Source: Tubiluchus corallicola
Taxonomy: Eukaryota; Animalia; Priapulida
Direction: 5' to 3'
Assembly: GCA_030141605.1 (NCBI GenBank)
Contig: JAQGDQ010000473.1
Coordinates: 111,027 to 175,026, forward strand
DNA: 64,000 nt
The notes under the pieces were generated by a model. That model did no database searches and was not told the origin of the DNA. It worked only from the letters and a program-made list of their open reading frames with translations. How positions within the stretch are numbered: position 1 is the stretch's first letter; every line of letters begins with the position of its first letter. Below are positions 13,101 through 43,739 of the stretch, piece after piece. The translations under genes and the position numbers were made by a program.

Positions 13101-16100
13101 TCAGTCTAGAGAGAGAGAGAGAGAGAGAGCTATTTTTGTTTATTTTAATGAACACTTCGGAAAAAACAATAACTTCTTTGCTAACCTCAAGGGTGTATCA
13201 AGACTTTATGATGCCCTAGGCTGATAGATCTGTCCCGCCCATCTGCATTGTGAATTTGTGATTCATTATGTACTGTAAAGATTAAACAATTATTTGTGGT
13301 GTGCTACGGTCATTATTAATTACGTGTATATGAACTGCGATGACATATAAGCAGACTGGACAACTGCTTGTTGTGTAATTCCTTGTACTTGTTCGTTATA
13401 TGGCACTTATATAGCATCTGGTCTAAGTAACTGCCTGTGGTGTGTTACATAATGCTTGCTTTGCATGAATATGAACGTATAAACGTTTTCCGAGGAGAAT
13501 AAGAATTTTTTTCAAATTGGGCATCTAAAATGTGGCGCCCCAGGCTATATTCTAGTTAGCCTATTGGTTAATATGCCCCTGGCTATCCTAATAACGTCAT
13601 AGTTCACTTTATAGTTCACAAAACTTGGAAGCAGCACAGTTTTTTCTAAGAGTCTAACTGGCTTTCATTAATTGTGGCTAATTTAATACAAAAATGGTTA
13701 AAGGAAAACAGGATGATTTTTCAAATCCTATACCCTTTCGATTAAGGCAAAAAATACATTTTAACACTCATAATGCCAAAGCATCTCTTGTGATTAAATA
13801 ATAGATTAAAAATTTAATTTACGGTGTTTGATGCCAATTAGTGGCGACATCACAACTGAACATAATTTTCAACATGCCAAACAACAGCAAACACTCCATG
13901 AGAGTGTTTCACTTGTTTGTGAAAGTGAAAATTAACGTACAGTACTACTGTACAACAGTTCGAATGACCCGTTTTTGTGCAACAAGTTTCTGAAATGCAG
14001 GCGCTAGAGCCCGTCTAACTAGCAAAAAGCAAAGTTGATGTAACAATGAAGAACTAGTTGCAGGAACGTGAAATTGCATTTGTGTGGTAGTAATTCTTTC
14101 ACATACGTCATTCTTGAAAAAATAGTATGTTTCCTTTGAATATTTTAAAGACTAGGTTGTTTTGACCTGCAGTTTAAGATTTGGTTCAGTTTTGCTTTAA
14201 GGTATTACACAAACCATCGTGATCGTAACTTTTTCCTGTACTAAACTAAAAAAATCTTTGTTGACAGTGAATTCAAATTTTGTGCAATCAGAAATTCACC
14301 GCTTAGAGAATGTAATTTATTTAAATAGCAGCACCATTTACTGTGCATTTACTAACTTAAAAGTCTCGGTTGTCATGGTTACTACGAGGCAACATTCATG
14401 GTTATTTCTGTTACCACCATTATTTATCATACTAACGCAAGAATCGTGTAAGCCATGGATTACGAATGTCACGTTGTGAAGTTCTAACTCATGATAATTG
14501 TATTTTTGATTGCATGTGACGTGTAACATTTACTAAAGCACAAGAGAATGATTATAATTTTTGTGGTTCCGTTCCAGGTTTGGAACAATATCAGCGCTGC
14601 ATCAAGATTCTGATTCCGATGAAGAGGGACAGGCATTCTACGCCGGGGGTGCTGAGCATGGGGGCAGGTATCCAAGTGCTTTTTATTTTACTTGCACATT
14701 AATATTTCAAGCAAATAAAAGTAATTTATCTGTGAGTGGCATGGTATACGGTCCCAATTTGCATTACGTAATTTCGTGACTATATTGACATGGATGTCAG
14801 GTTTTTATATACCAAGTCATAATTGTAGCTGTAAACCCGATTATTTAATTTAGTAGTATATGAACAGAATAACAACCTTTGTTTAACGTCAATGTTAACA
14901 TATGAACAGAATAACAACCTTTGTTTAACGTCACTGTTAACATATGAACAGAATAACAACCTTTGTTTAACGTCACTGTTAACATAGGAACAGAATAACA
15001 ACCTTTGTTTAACGTCACTGTTAACATATGAACAGAATAACAACCTTTGTTTAACGTCACTGTTAACGTATGAACAGAATAACAACCTTTGTTTAACGTC
15101 ACTGTTAACATAGGAACAGAATAACAACCTTTGTTTAACGTCACTGTTAACATAGGAACAGAATAACAACCTTTGTTTAACGTCAATGTTAACATATGAA
15201 CAGAATAACAACCTTTGTTTAACATCACTGTTAACATATGAACAGAATAACAACCTTTGTTTAACGCCACTGTTAACATATGAACAGAATAACAACCTTT
15301 GTTTAACGTCACTGTTAACATATGAACAGAATAACGACCTTTGTTTAACGTCACTGTTAACATATGAACAGAATAACGACCTTTGTTTAACGTCACTGTT
15401 AACATATGAACAGAATAACGACCTTTGTTTAACGTCACTGTTAACATATGAACAGAATAACAACCTTTGTTTAACGTCACTGTTAACATATGAACAGAAT
15501 AACGACCTTTGTTTAACGTCACTGTTAACATATGAACAGAATAACGACCTTTGTTTAACGTCACTGTTAACATATGAACAGAATAACAACCTTTGTTTAA
15601 CGTCACTGTTAACATATGAACAGAATAACAACCTTTGTTTAACGTCACTGTTAACATATGAACAGAATAACGACCTTTGTTTAACGTCACTGTTAACATA
15701 TGAACAGAATAACGACCTTTGTTTAACGTCACTGTTAACATATGAACAGAATAACGACCTTTGTTTAACGTCACTGTTAACATATGAACAGAATAACAAC
15801 CTTTGTTTAACGTCACTGTTAACATATGAACAGAATAACAACCTTTGTTTAACGTCACTGTTAACATATGAACAGAATAACGACCTTTGTTTAACGTCAC
15901 TGTTAACATATGAACAGAATAACGACCTTTGTTTAACGTCAGTGTTAACATATGAACAGAATAGCAACCTTTGTTTAACATCACTGTTAACCCTTTTTCA
16001 GTGGAGAGGTTGTGATTGGACCAGGTAAAAAGAAAAGTGGAAAATATGTAGAAAGTTTATTCGAGGCAGCACGACAGTAAGTGTTATCTTTCACTCTACA

Positions 16101-19100
16101 GTGTGTGTACAACGAAAACATTACGTACAGCATAAAACATAAGTACAGGACGTAATAAAAAATGTTTTCCTGTTTAACAACTAAATACAGAGATAAACTG
16201 GTACAGAGATGCATTTCTGAACCTTTGTTATCTATTTATAGACAATATTCATTTCAATGTATAATGCAATTAGTAATATACAATTTTTGTATATCAATTT
16301 ACTAGACAATAGTACTATATTATGTTTCTCTTGGTGTATTTTGGTTCGTCTTTATACGTTCTATAATGTTATGTAAATTTATTACCTTAGTGACGTGTGA
16401 TATTAGAATTGTACTTACTGTAAAGTGTGCTAGAGCATATAGACATGGATAGTCCGCTGTAGTAAAGTAAAATAAATATACGATGTCCACGCCAATCTTT
16501 TTTTTTTGGTAATAGATTATCAGTGTTTTGCCTACAAATGTTCATTATAATATATTGTATTTTGCCATTGTCAACTTTTCTTGCTGTCCAAATTTAACGA
16601 GCTTGAAATAAATGCAGTGTTTTAGGAATCTGTTAACAGATGGCGATAGTCACGATACCAACACTATTAAAATGACAAAAAACTGTGCTGACTTTGTTTT
16701 GTAGGTGTAAGGTAGTGTTTCTTTTAGACTAAATTTATTTTATATGTTTGTTACATTTTACACAATATGAAAACAATGGTTGAAGTGGCGCCCTCACTGA
16801 TTTTAACTATGAGCGCCATTGTGCGACAGTAGCCATATCATCAGAACCAGTCAAGGCTCAAAGAATTAATAAAGAAAATTCTGATTTCTTTTCTGCTCCT
16901 AGAGGAGACTGAGTTGTGGTTTCTTGTTTGCAGGCATGGTGCTGAAATAGCCGAGGACGAAGCCGGCAGTACAGCGGGCAGTTCGTCTTTCCAAGGAGCT
17001 GGCTACAGACTAGGTAAGTACTTTTTTACTACTAAATAATATCATGTTTAACGAGCCTTTTCATAGTATCGTTGTGTGCATGGGCAGTTTGCTGTAGGTC
17101 AAAGGTTAAAGTAGGTATTTTTTATTGCCAGCAGCTGAAAATTTTCAATGTCTTGTTTATGCGAAGCAGTTTATTCAGTTCAGTTTATTTTCAGGCATGG
17201 CAGAAGGACAAAGTGAGGTAGTGAACAAAAATCCGGTTATTCCAAAACCAAAGCAAGTTGATTTTGTATTGAAGTTGTGGAAAAATGGCTTCAGCATTGA
17301 TAATGAGTCACTGCGTAGTTACGACGATCCCGCAAATAAAGAATTCCTTGACTCCGTTCATAAAGGGTATGCAGCTGTGTTACAATGTGTGCACGTGCGT
17401 GTGTGCGCATATAAGTGTGGGTGTATGATCTGTAGCGGATAGCCCTATAGGCTGAATAGGCTGAAGCCTAAGGCCCGGGATCAAAAGGGTAAAAAAAATT
17501 TTTTGTTGTAAAAAAAATAAATTGACAAAAGAGCAAGGGGCCCGCCAAAATAAAATATAGAAAAAAGTTTTTTTTTCAAAAGTCACTATATTTCAAATCG
17601 GGTTTACACAAATCAAGTTTACACAATTTAAGTTTACACAATTCACGTTTACACAGTTTAAGTTCAAAATTTCATTTTTCGAATTTTTCTGGGGACAAAG
17701 TCAGTTATAATTTCTGAAAAGTCCATTTTTTTCAACATATCTGACTCAATATGCATCAGTGATAAATTGTTTAATTTGTCATCCTTTACAAACGACGAGA
17801 GCTCCACAAAAACACGTCAGCTCAGCAGTGTAGCAAAATTTAAAAGGCCCGTTCCAAGCTCAAGCCTAAGGCCCATAAAATCATAATCCGCCGCTGAGTA
17901 TGATCATGTGCATTATTAGTGTTTTGTATTAGTGAACTGTTATAATAACTTGATTTTAATTTTCTTTTCTTCTGCGGAATAAGTTAAGTTCATGCTCCCT
18001 CTTTACTAATTATTGAAGTACGGGATGATTTAAACTGTTAATTTTTCCCCATTTAACTTTTAGCCAATGTAACTGTTTTACGTTAGCTGTTATTAAGTCA
18101 TGCCAAGCCTTTTACAAGGTTTGACACCCCCCAAACTTGGATCTGCCAGTTAACGGAAAGATCTATTCAGTTCAGATTAGTGATTGTCAAACGGGAGAGA
18201 TCTATTCGGTTCAGATTAGTGATTGTCAAACGGGAGAGATCTATTCGGTTCAGATTAGTGATTGTCAAACGGGAAAGATCTATTCAGTTCAGATTAGTGA
18301 TTGTCAAACGGGAGAGATCTATTCGGTTCAGATTAGTGATTGTCAAACGGGAGAGATCTATTCGGTTCAGATTAGTGATTGTCAAACGGGAGAGATCTAT
18401 TTGGTTCAGATTAGTGATTGTCAAACGGGAGAGATCTATTCGGTTCAGATTAGTGATTGTCAAACGGGAGAGAGCTATTCGGTTCAAATTAGTGATTGTC
18501 AAACGGGAGAGATCTATTCGGTTCAGATTAGTGATTGTCAAACGGCAGAGATCTATTCGGTTCAGATTAGTGATTGTCAAACGGGAGAGATCTATTCGGT
18601 TCAGATTAGTGATTGTCAAACGGGAGAGATCTATTCGGTTCAGATTAGTGATTGTCAAACGGGAGAGATCTATTCAGTTCAGATTAGCGATTGTCAAATG
18701 GGAGGCTCTAGGAAGCGGGAATGGAAATGGTGACGAATGTACTCTGTGTGTTGTGTTTATATCAAATGAACTATCAAAATGTATACGTTCGTTTCTTTGC
18801 ATGCATGAATCAGCTTTAAAACTCAAATGTATTTTTGTTCAATGAGAATTTAATTATCATCCACTTTTGTGATTTTATTGCATTTTATAAACTATTTTTG
18901 ACTTTCCCGACGAGTTTGCAAATATATCGAGTACAAATTTTATGATCCACTTAAATGAAGACTTTTTTCATTTGATTGCAAAATTTTAAAACAAATTTTC
19001 AACAATCGTGCACTTTTAAGCCTGGAAACCTATTCCATGCCTGAAACATTTTCTTGTTTTGGAAGATGCAATCGTTAATAAACTGACAATGATTACCGTG

Positions 19101-21573
19101 ACTCAGAAAAACTGGTTTCAAAGAGATGCTAACGAAAGATTGTCTGTTGTTCATAATAATTATTTACATTGTAATCCGACATCAGAGAGGTACCAGCCGA
19201 GTTGGAGCGCATGGCTCGCGGTGGAGAAGTTAACCTCAACATGGAGGACCACCGGAATGAAGAATTCGCTCCGCAGAAGAAAACGGTCAAGGCGTTTTCT
19301 GGAACTGGCCACATGCTTGGCAGGTACTGACGATCAAACAACAAAGAGTTCTTTTTTTAAGTTTGTTTTTCTGCTTCTTTCTGCTTCTTTGTTCTGTTCT
19401 TAATGCTGCTGGTTTACTTTTTCTTTAATTAAATTTAGTTTTTTTTCTGCACGTTTCATGCTTGTATTTAATGAGCTGCATTGGTCCCCAAACTTTGTTA
19501 TGAAGCTGCTGCCATTTGGAAGATTACCGAGCTATGTGAAAACTCCGGCGTCTCGAGACTTGTTGTTGTCCTCAGGGGTGTATCAAGACTAGGGGTGAGC
19601 ATTCTCTATCGGAAAGCGAATTCGAATCGAACCGAACTTCAGTGTTTCGAATTCGAATTGAGAACGAAAGATTTTCGAACAAGTTTTTGAACCACCAGCA
19701 AAAATTAGTCTTACAAAGATCATGCATATCACTACATTTTGTTCTGCAATAAAACGACTAGTAATTTCTTTAAAATTGCGTGCAGAAATCACAGCTAAAT
19801 TATGCTAATTGCATGATGTTTCAATCGTTTTAGTGATAAAGAACGAATGTGATTGAAGTGCTGAATTATTCGAATCTATAATTTTGGATTCGAATCGAGT
19901 TTGAACTAAAAAACTCATTCGAACTCGAACGTTCGATGCTCACCCCTAACCAAGACTTTACGATGCCCTAGGCTGATAGTTCTGTCCCGCCCATCTCTAT
20001 TGTGAAGTTATGGTTGTTTATGTAATGCAGAGATCAAACAATTACTTGTGGTGTATTAGAAATACTATTAACCTAGTTTCTAAGTTGTCATTATATATTA
20101 TGTGTATTTGCATGGCGCTTATATTCAAGCAGGCTGTTCAACTGCTTGTTGTTAATACCTTGCACTTGTTCGTTATGTGGCAGTTATATAAAAGCTACTC
20201 TCAGTAACTACCTGTGGTGTGGTAAAATTTGCCATTTACATGAAAAGTTATACATATTTTCCGAGGCGAATAACAATTTTTTTCTAAAATGCAACACCCT
20301 CAAACTTTGGTACCCTAGGCTATTGTCTAGTTAACCTATTGGTTAATAGGTCTCTGGTTGTCGTTGAAGACAACTCCAGAACATTGTTGTTTTTGTGATG
20401 CCATAAGATTGTCCAGTTGATGACATAAGATGAATCAACCCGGTGTGCCCTCTTGTGGCACCGTCAAGTACTAACGCTTATGAAGCACTTCTCTTATTTA
20501 CAACGGAAAATGAGTGCTGAGCTAAAAACTTTGCCAGTCACAGGACAAGTGTACAATGTGCCCTTTACCACGGAGAATACGACTCGGAGATCGCTTCTGC
20601 AGCTGAAATAAAAATGTGTAAAAATAAACGACATTTCGTTTTTCACGTCCCTCACCTACTTAGTGAAACTCTGAGCCATTTTGGAATCTCAGTACACAAT
20701 AAGGTGTCTCAATAACTAATAATAATAATTTTGTTTGGGACGTAGTCTAGGGATAACACCTTAAATAACTCAATACTTATTTCCAAGGTGGTCCCGATTA
20801 TTATTACCCACATGTTACGTCAATGAACCTGCGTGCTTAGTCAAACAACCAGTGGTACAATTTTTTAAGAAATTGGTGTGACTTGATAGGGAGTTGAACC
20901 TGTAACCTTCAGTGTGGAAAACGAGCATGCTACTAGTGAGCTGTACCACCCGGTCAATGAGCCTTTGCTGTATATTTGCTGTATAAACGGTACTGCTAAT
21001 ATTTGAAATTGTAAAGTTATAATGAGTGGTAAAATTCACAGCAGTAGAAGCCGAAAAATTTTCAAAGTTGAGACAAAGCTGACATATTACATGTATATTA
21101 GAAGAAACTGACTCGACCAAAATGTTCCTCCATTATTTTTTCAACTATTCATTAAAAGCTTGTTCCAAACTTTGATGCATTATTTGTTAAAACAACTTCT
21201 GTATACCACTTTTTCAAATCTTAGTAAACTACGTCTAAAGATTAACCACTTTGCAAGTGTAGCAAGGTTCCCACTCTCAGGGAAAACACAGGCTATCCTG
21301 GAAAGCTATGTAAAAGTTGAGGAAAAAGATAATTTGGTAAAAAGTCAGGGAAAAATGTGGCGAAAACTTGGGGAAATTAGTTGCAAAAACAATCCCTGTG
21401 AACCGATATTTTTACAAACATATTTTCAGCGATTCGTCTTCAAATAAAATTTTGCTATGGCAGGCTCCTAATTTCGATTTCTGTTCCAAAAATAATGATT
21501 GGATTAAGACAGTTTATTTAATGTGATTAGTGTAATTTCTTGTGAACTACTACAACTGTACCAACACTTTATG

Positions 21574-21610
<37 letters not shown>

Positions 21611-22536
21611 ATATATATATATATGCATACATATATATGTATATACATTTATGTATCAGAATATGTATGAATGTCCATACACAAAAATGTTTGAATATGT
21701 GTACTGGTAATGCAGTTTCTGCTTGTCTTGGTCATGGAAAATCAATATTTGGTCAGGAAAATTTATTTTAAAAATTCTGTGGGAACTCTGGTGTTTGTAC
21801 AATTGTAGGTAGTTTGATAAATACCATATTGTTACTAATCTGTATTTTCAGCCCAGCGCCGAGCGTAGTTCCTTCTCCCAGATCTTCATCAGAGAAAGTG
21901 TCAGATTTGCAGACGGCTAGCTCAGGGATACATCTGGATACATCCCAGCCGTTGACCAATATTCAGATTCGATTAATCGATGGAACAAGGTAATTATCTT
22001 CCTTATACTTTTTTCAAAATAATATTTCAATTTTGTTATTAAAATTTAATGAACATGCAAAGCGGATTAAAACAAAGATTTTATGTTCATTGGTCCATGT
22101 GGTATAGATACTAGTGTAATATAAAATGTTGTTCTCAGTAAAAATGAAGATAATATTAACTTCACACATAAAAAACTTTTGTTTTGGCATTCAGTCTATG
22201 TCAGAAAAATTGAGTTTATTATTAAAATGATTATGAAGCTGATAATATTGACCTTCATACGTGTTTTTACACACCATGGCGCCCTCTATATGTGGTTGTT
22301 AAAAGTGTATTATTATTTCTGCCCATTTACATTATTCCAGATTAGTACAAAAGTTCAACCATAGCCACACTATAGGAGACATTCGAAGTTTTATCAACCG
22401 AGCTCGACCAGACCTGTCCTCATTACCATACACGTTAATGACTACATTTCCTAATAAGGACTTGATTGAGGACTCTCTGCAAATTAAGGAGGCAAGTCTT
22501 CTTAACGCTGTCATCGTTCAACGAAAACGGTCGTGA
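10124..22536 (+). CDS. NSFL1C: NSFL1 cofactor p47 (UBA-SEP-SHP-UBX adaptor of p97/VCP); coding exons 10124-10231, 12759-12898, 14578-14667, 16002-16076, 16934-17013, 17195-17366, 19186-19323, 21852-21989, 22341-22536
   Basis: UBA-like [43 protein letters not shown]; [10 protein letters not shown]; FQGAGYRLG; SEP domain [36 protein letters not shown]; [11 protein letters not shown]; [25 protein letters not shown]...TTFPNK...[13 protein letters not shown] introns are in phase; TGA at 22534; AATAAA near 22664. Confidence 0.96.
10957..11722. mobile_element. pogo/Tigger-like MITE, copy 2
   Basis: Starts TA-CAGTAGACGCCGCCACGTAATAGACTCAC; colinear with 1242-2046 and with a fragment at 58926-59085. 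Confidence 0.65.
13188..13581. mobile_element. hAT-like MITE (uninterrupted copy)
   Basis: Ends CAAGGGTGTATCAAG ... TTAATATGCCCCTG; colinear with the interrupted copy at 19573-20357. Confidence 0.65.
14858..15991. repeat. 42-bp minisatellite, about 27 copies, ending 10 bp before the NSFL1C exon 4 acceptor
   Basis: Unit TATGAACAGAATAACAACCTTTGTTTAACGTCACTGTTAACA; the last copy runs into CTGTTAACCCTTTTTCAG|T at 16001/16002. Confidence 0.96.
17432..17896. mobile_element. Probable MITE remnant
   Basis: Ends TAGCGGAT ... ATCCGCCGCTG with subterminal AGCCTAAGGCCC motifs at both ends. Confidence 0.45.
18152..18700. repeat. 39-bp minisatellite, about 14 copies, NSFL1C intron 6
   Basis: Unit GAGATCTATTCGGTTCAGATTAGTGATTGTCAAACGGGA. 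Confidence 0.95.
19573..20357. mobile_element. hAT-like MITE (same family as 13188-13581), interrupted by a second MITE
   Basis: CAGGGGTGTATCAAGAC | insert | TTTACGATGCCCTAGGCTGATAG matches the contiguous sequence at 13188-13228. Confidence 0.7.
19590..19948. mobile_element. Nested hAT-like MITE
   Basis: Perfect 13-bp TIR TAGGGGTGAGCAT / ATGCTCACCCCTA; 8-bp TSD ATCAAGAC / ACCAAGAC; many subterminal TTCGAA motifs. Confidence 0.85.
20730..20950 (-). mobile_element. tRNA-derived SINE
   Basis: Minus strand has a B box GGTTCAACTCC and a body (TGTACCACT...GGGTAATAATAATCGGGA...TGTTATCCCT) shared with 58243-58410. Confidence 0.7.
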
Positions 22537-23884
22537 CTTTTTGCTACATAGAATTGCATTTTGTTAAAGTTAAACATGTTGTTGATACATTTATTTAAAA
22601 AAAAACATTCAGTGCGAAGATTTACAACGGTGACGAAATTTTGTGTATTTAAAGCTAAAGTTGAATAAACATGATATTATGTATTGAGTAGTTTTTCTCT
22701 GTGTCTAGAATCATTACCATCATTATTATTAACACTGTAAAAAATTGTCTACAAAATAATTTTAATACTAACCGTTGTAGCTGTTAACATCATCACTAAG
22801 ACGGCTGATAATTGCTGAATATCTAGACTTGACTCACAGGCACTTTGCATATGATAAAACTGCACAGCAAAAATTCGATTAGAAATTAGAATGTTTATAG
22901 CAATTTAAGAGACTGTTTGCCCATAGCTGAAACACAATCAGGCATCCATCACCACATTGATGTTGATACGTTTGACAATATGGATTGCATCGTGTGAGCA
23001 AAACAAGTACGAAGCAAAAGTGTGTTAATAACCAAGTCAATTTTCTGTCATAAATAAAAAGCCTTATTGTATGCAAACTATTTAGATGCTTACGTGGTCA
23101 GCTAATTTAGATGCTCACGTGGTCAGCTAATTTAGATGTTTACGAGAACATCACATTCCAACAGTCTAAATATACAATTTAGATTTTTATTTTTATATCT
23201 TCACGTTCCCACCATCATACAACCAGTACATATGCTAGACCAATGATTTCCAAACTTAAGGATCACGACCCAAATTGGAATCACCAAGTCAGATAACAAG
23301 AGTTCAGACGCCATTTTACATGTAATTGTCTTGAATAACAAAATCTACACGAAAGTATTTGTAAACATAGAGAGTTTAAAATGCACAATATTCACACGTG
23401 CTGAAGGGTCCAAACTTGATAACACAGAGCAGCTCTTTTCCAAGACCCACACAGATGTACAGACCATGTTAGACTGTCTTAATGATGATCAAATCACGGT
23501 CAGGAAAGAACTGTAACCACAAACTAAATACACACTATAGAAGTACAGTCATTAAAACTGCTTAAATTACCGTTACCACTCCACTTTTACAAATGAAAAA
23601 TGTTCTTATAAATAGTACAGCTAAAGAGACTATAGTGAAAGACATAGTTGGACGTGTGTTCATCGTTTCGGTACTGCAAGGTTCTAAAATACATGGCACG
23701 ACCCACCTGTTGATGCCTCGCATTCCTGTCCACCCCCCACTGCCCAGCAGTGCATCATCCCTCACACCTTTAGTTGTTGTTGCTAAATTTTTTTGCCGCA
23801 AATCTATATACGTCAGTATGAGACCTCCTGTTGGCCATTTCGTCATATGAAAAGTTTTACGTAATGTTATAGCAAGAGGAGACT

Positions 23885-24040
23885 TACGAGGCTATCTTAG
23901 TCTCCCAATGCCCAATCCAATGCAATCTTCTTACTTGTATTTGTTCAGTCCAAGGATTCTTCTTGACCAAATTATGCAGATCATCATTGGATATTCTGTC
24001 ATGCCATTTGATTCCTAGTAATTTTCCGTAGAGAATATTT
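23885..24040 (-). mobile_element. LINE ORF2 C-terminal fragment (RTE-like)
   Basis: KLLGIKWHDRISNDDL...WTEQIQVRRLHWIGH resembles the post-RT region of RTE-type non-LTR retrotransposons. Confidence 0.65.
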
Positions 24041-25053
24041 TCTGACATGCTGGCAAGAAAACATGCGGCAGGCAACATGGGAAACCATCACGGATTCACA
24101 ATATCAACAATGCAGACTAAAGCATGTATGCCAACCATAAATAATTGACAAAAGCCTTTACATCAGTGTACGTAGCTGTAACATTATAAAAACAAATTGG
24201 ACGTTCGCATCTTATTGTAGCTGCTATGCATACTCAGACAACGGAGGGAAAATAACATCACACCTCATTACACCACATTAGCAGCAGTCATATAAAAACA
24301 TTTTAAATGCTTACAGTTCAAAGCTATCTCAACTTCGCTAACCACTTAAACCGATACAAATGGGAATGTACTTGTAAGCAAAAGGATTCGTAAACTGTAA
24401 ACATAGTTACTATGTTTCATAGTAAACATAGATTTTCCATTTTAGACAAACTTTCTATTAGAAATCTCCAACCATGATAAACAATGTTACACACAAGATG
24501 ATGCTCTAATTGACGACTTGCCTGTAGTTTAATCATCAAGAAATATACAAATGTGACCCATCTGATTACAGAGGAGTATTTCAAAGTAAAATGCTATTTC
24601 CATAATATTATATAAAAGTGTTACTATGCAGAAATAGCATGCAAAATATCCAAGTTTTTAAACCTGGAGTTTGCTATACACAGCAGGTCTTTTACAAATG
24701 TCCTCATTACTTTAACTTTCTAAGTAGGTAGGTAAACTCTATGCTGCTTTTGACTCCTTCAGCAAAGTTTTACCCCCATTCTTCTAATATAGCAATGACA
24801 TCATTCACAGCATCACTTCAGATTCCTCTTTGCGTCTCATGATTTGTAATTAGAGAGGAAACACACTTCATAAAAGTACCACGGCTGTGAGTGTAAGTTC
24901 CAAACATTGTTCAATGCACAGCTGTACAATTTTGAAACACATGCAGCTTCATACTTAATGACTAAGGCCACACAGTTGTACAGTTATGAAACACCCCCAG
25001 CTTCATGCTTAATGATTAAGGCCACGCAGCAGTTGCTTGATCACAGATTACAT

Positions 25054-41882
<16,829 letters not shown>

Positions 41883-42499
41883 TGCCCTTATCAGCAAAAT
41901 AGCGAATGTTGACAATGTGCATAATTGTACTGTTGGCAAGGCTGTTGTTCAGTGAGTTTACGGCTCAAACCAGCGGACAGAGCTAGAGAAAAATTACGTT
42001 GCTTAAACTTCAATCTTATGGAAATTATTACGTAACCATTAGCTAGGGTGACATAGGAACAACCAGAAACCGTACAAAACGATTTCTTTCGTCAAAGCAT
42101 TGCTGAATTAATAGAGAATGCATTATGCTTTATGTAGTGGATAATTAACCTTGTCTATAATGATTATAGATATGTAGTGTACACTGGACAGCTTGAAAGG
42201 CAAAGGTGCTCGATTGGATTGGAGCCTCAAACTCAAACACATAAAAATTAACTCAAGATCGAGTTTTAATACGTCTTGTTTCGCAGACGTGTAACAAGCT
42301 TGTATTTTTGAAAATGATCACTGGTACGTTCTTTAGTTTAGTTTTGTTTAGTTTATTCATACCCATTGGTACATAAAACAACATTCATCAAAAAAATGAA
42401 TAAACATGCAGTACAACTACTAGCATACTACATAATTAGCAGGAGGACTAATTAGCAAGATACTAATTTACTTATTAAGATGTGCAGGAGGACACACAG

Positions 42500-43010
42500 A
42501 GCAAAGCTACTTACATGTGTCTATCAAATTTAAGAAACCTTATTAAATCAACATGTTCAAGTCTTTTACGAAATAACTTAACATTTCCAGCAGTAACTAA
42601 TGGCGAACCATTCACAGAAGCAGGCAATAAGTTTCATAATGGAACAACACGATTTGAGAAAAATCCATGAAAATGTGTCTCACATGTACTCCTTACAAAG
42701 AGTTTTAATGAGTAATTACTCTTAACTTTATTATTTAAAGTGTCGGTAAAAAATGTTTCCCTATTTAAATCAATATCCAATTTTCAACACGTTTTTAAAT
42801 CAGAAATTATACGTCTTTCTTCTAATAATTTAAGACTCAGATTTTGTAATCTATGTGGATACGACTTATAATTAATTCCACATCTATTACAAAGGCGTTT
42901 TGTATAGTAACGCTGAACGTGTTCTACATCTAAATCACCAAGCAGATAAGGACTCCACAGGAGAACAATATTAAACCAATGGTCTGACATATATTTTATA
43001 AGCTTTCAAT
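42500..43010 (-). mobile_element. CR1/L2-group LINE 3' fragment
   Basis: LWSPYL..VEHVQRYYTKRL...SYPHRLQNLSLKLLEERRIISDL, followed by FFSNRVVPLWNLLP, characteristic of the CR1-type ORF2 C-terminus. Confidence 0.8.
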
Positions 43011-43739
43011 AAAGATTGTTTGATTTGGTTTGATTTAACACTTTATTTCGAAGCAAATTCATATTTACACACAAATGAAAAACAAAGATAAAAAATACAT
43101 GCACTACAATTACACGATATCTACAACATTACATACACTACATATACAAAAGATAGATTATCCAGCGATGCTTAGCACCAGAATATGCCTAACTATAATT
43201 TCAATATAACAATATCCTCCACTGTTTTCTAACGTCAGAAGTGTAAGCCACTTCACTTTCAGTTAAAGCTTTAATCAATGAATTTGTACTGATGTGACAA
43301 ACATATGTCAAGTCAACTGGCAAAAATGGCACGTAAAAGACAACAACAACAGCAATAACATTAACAGAAACAACAACAATAGTAACAGCCACAACAACAG
43401 CTTTAATAGCAGCAGCAGCAGCAACAGCAATGTTCAACACCACATTTGCAACAACAATCACAACAATGGAACAGTAGCAGTAACCACAAAACCAGCAAGA
43501 CTTTTGAATTTGAATTTTTCTAAATTGTGCAAGTTCGCATGTTCATTTCCATATCATAATTATTATATTCTCAGCAAATCTTGAAAGGAATCGCTGATAT
43601 TGCAAAGATTTTGGTAGGATATCATTTTGTTAAGGGAAAATATACCCGTTCGGTAAGTCTGCATACCTAAATAGATATAAGATGTGATATGGATATTTGC
43701 ACATACTGTAGAAATAATGGGTATGTAATCACACCTGTT

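Noticed and set aside
14780-16028. 280-395 aa repetitive ORFs on both strands
   Set aside because: A 42-bp unit lacking stops in several frames, inside an NSFL1C intron; no non-repetitive coding context.
18152-18700. Resemblance of the 39-bp unit (ATTCAGTTCAGATTAG) to NSFL1C exon 8 (ATTCAGATTCGATTAA)
   Set aside because: Short, gapped, AT-rich match 3 kb from that exon; consistent with chance.
43326-43480. TAA/TAG codons inside poly-Q tracts suggesting stop-to-Gln recoding
   Set aside because: DNAJC25 ends at TAA at its conserved C-terminus and no host exon has in-frame TAA or TAG; C-to-T decay of a dead ORF is sufficient.
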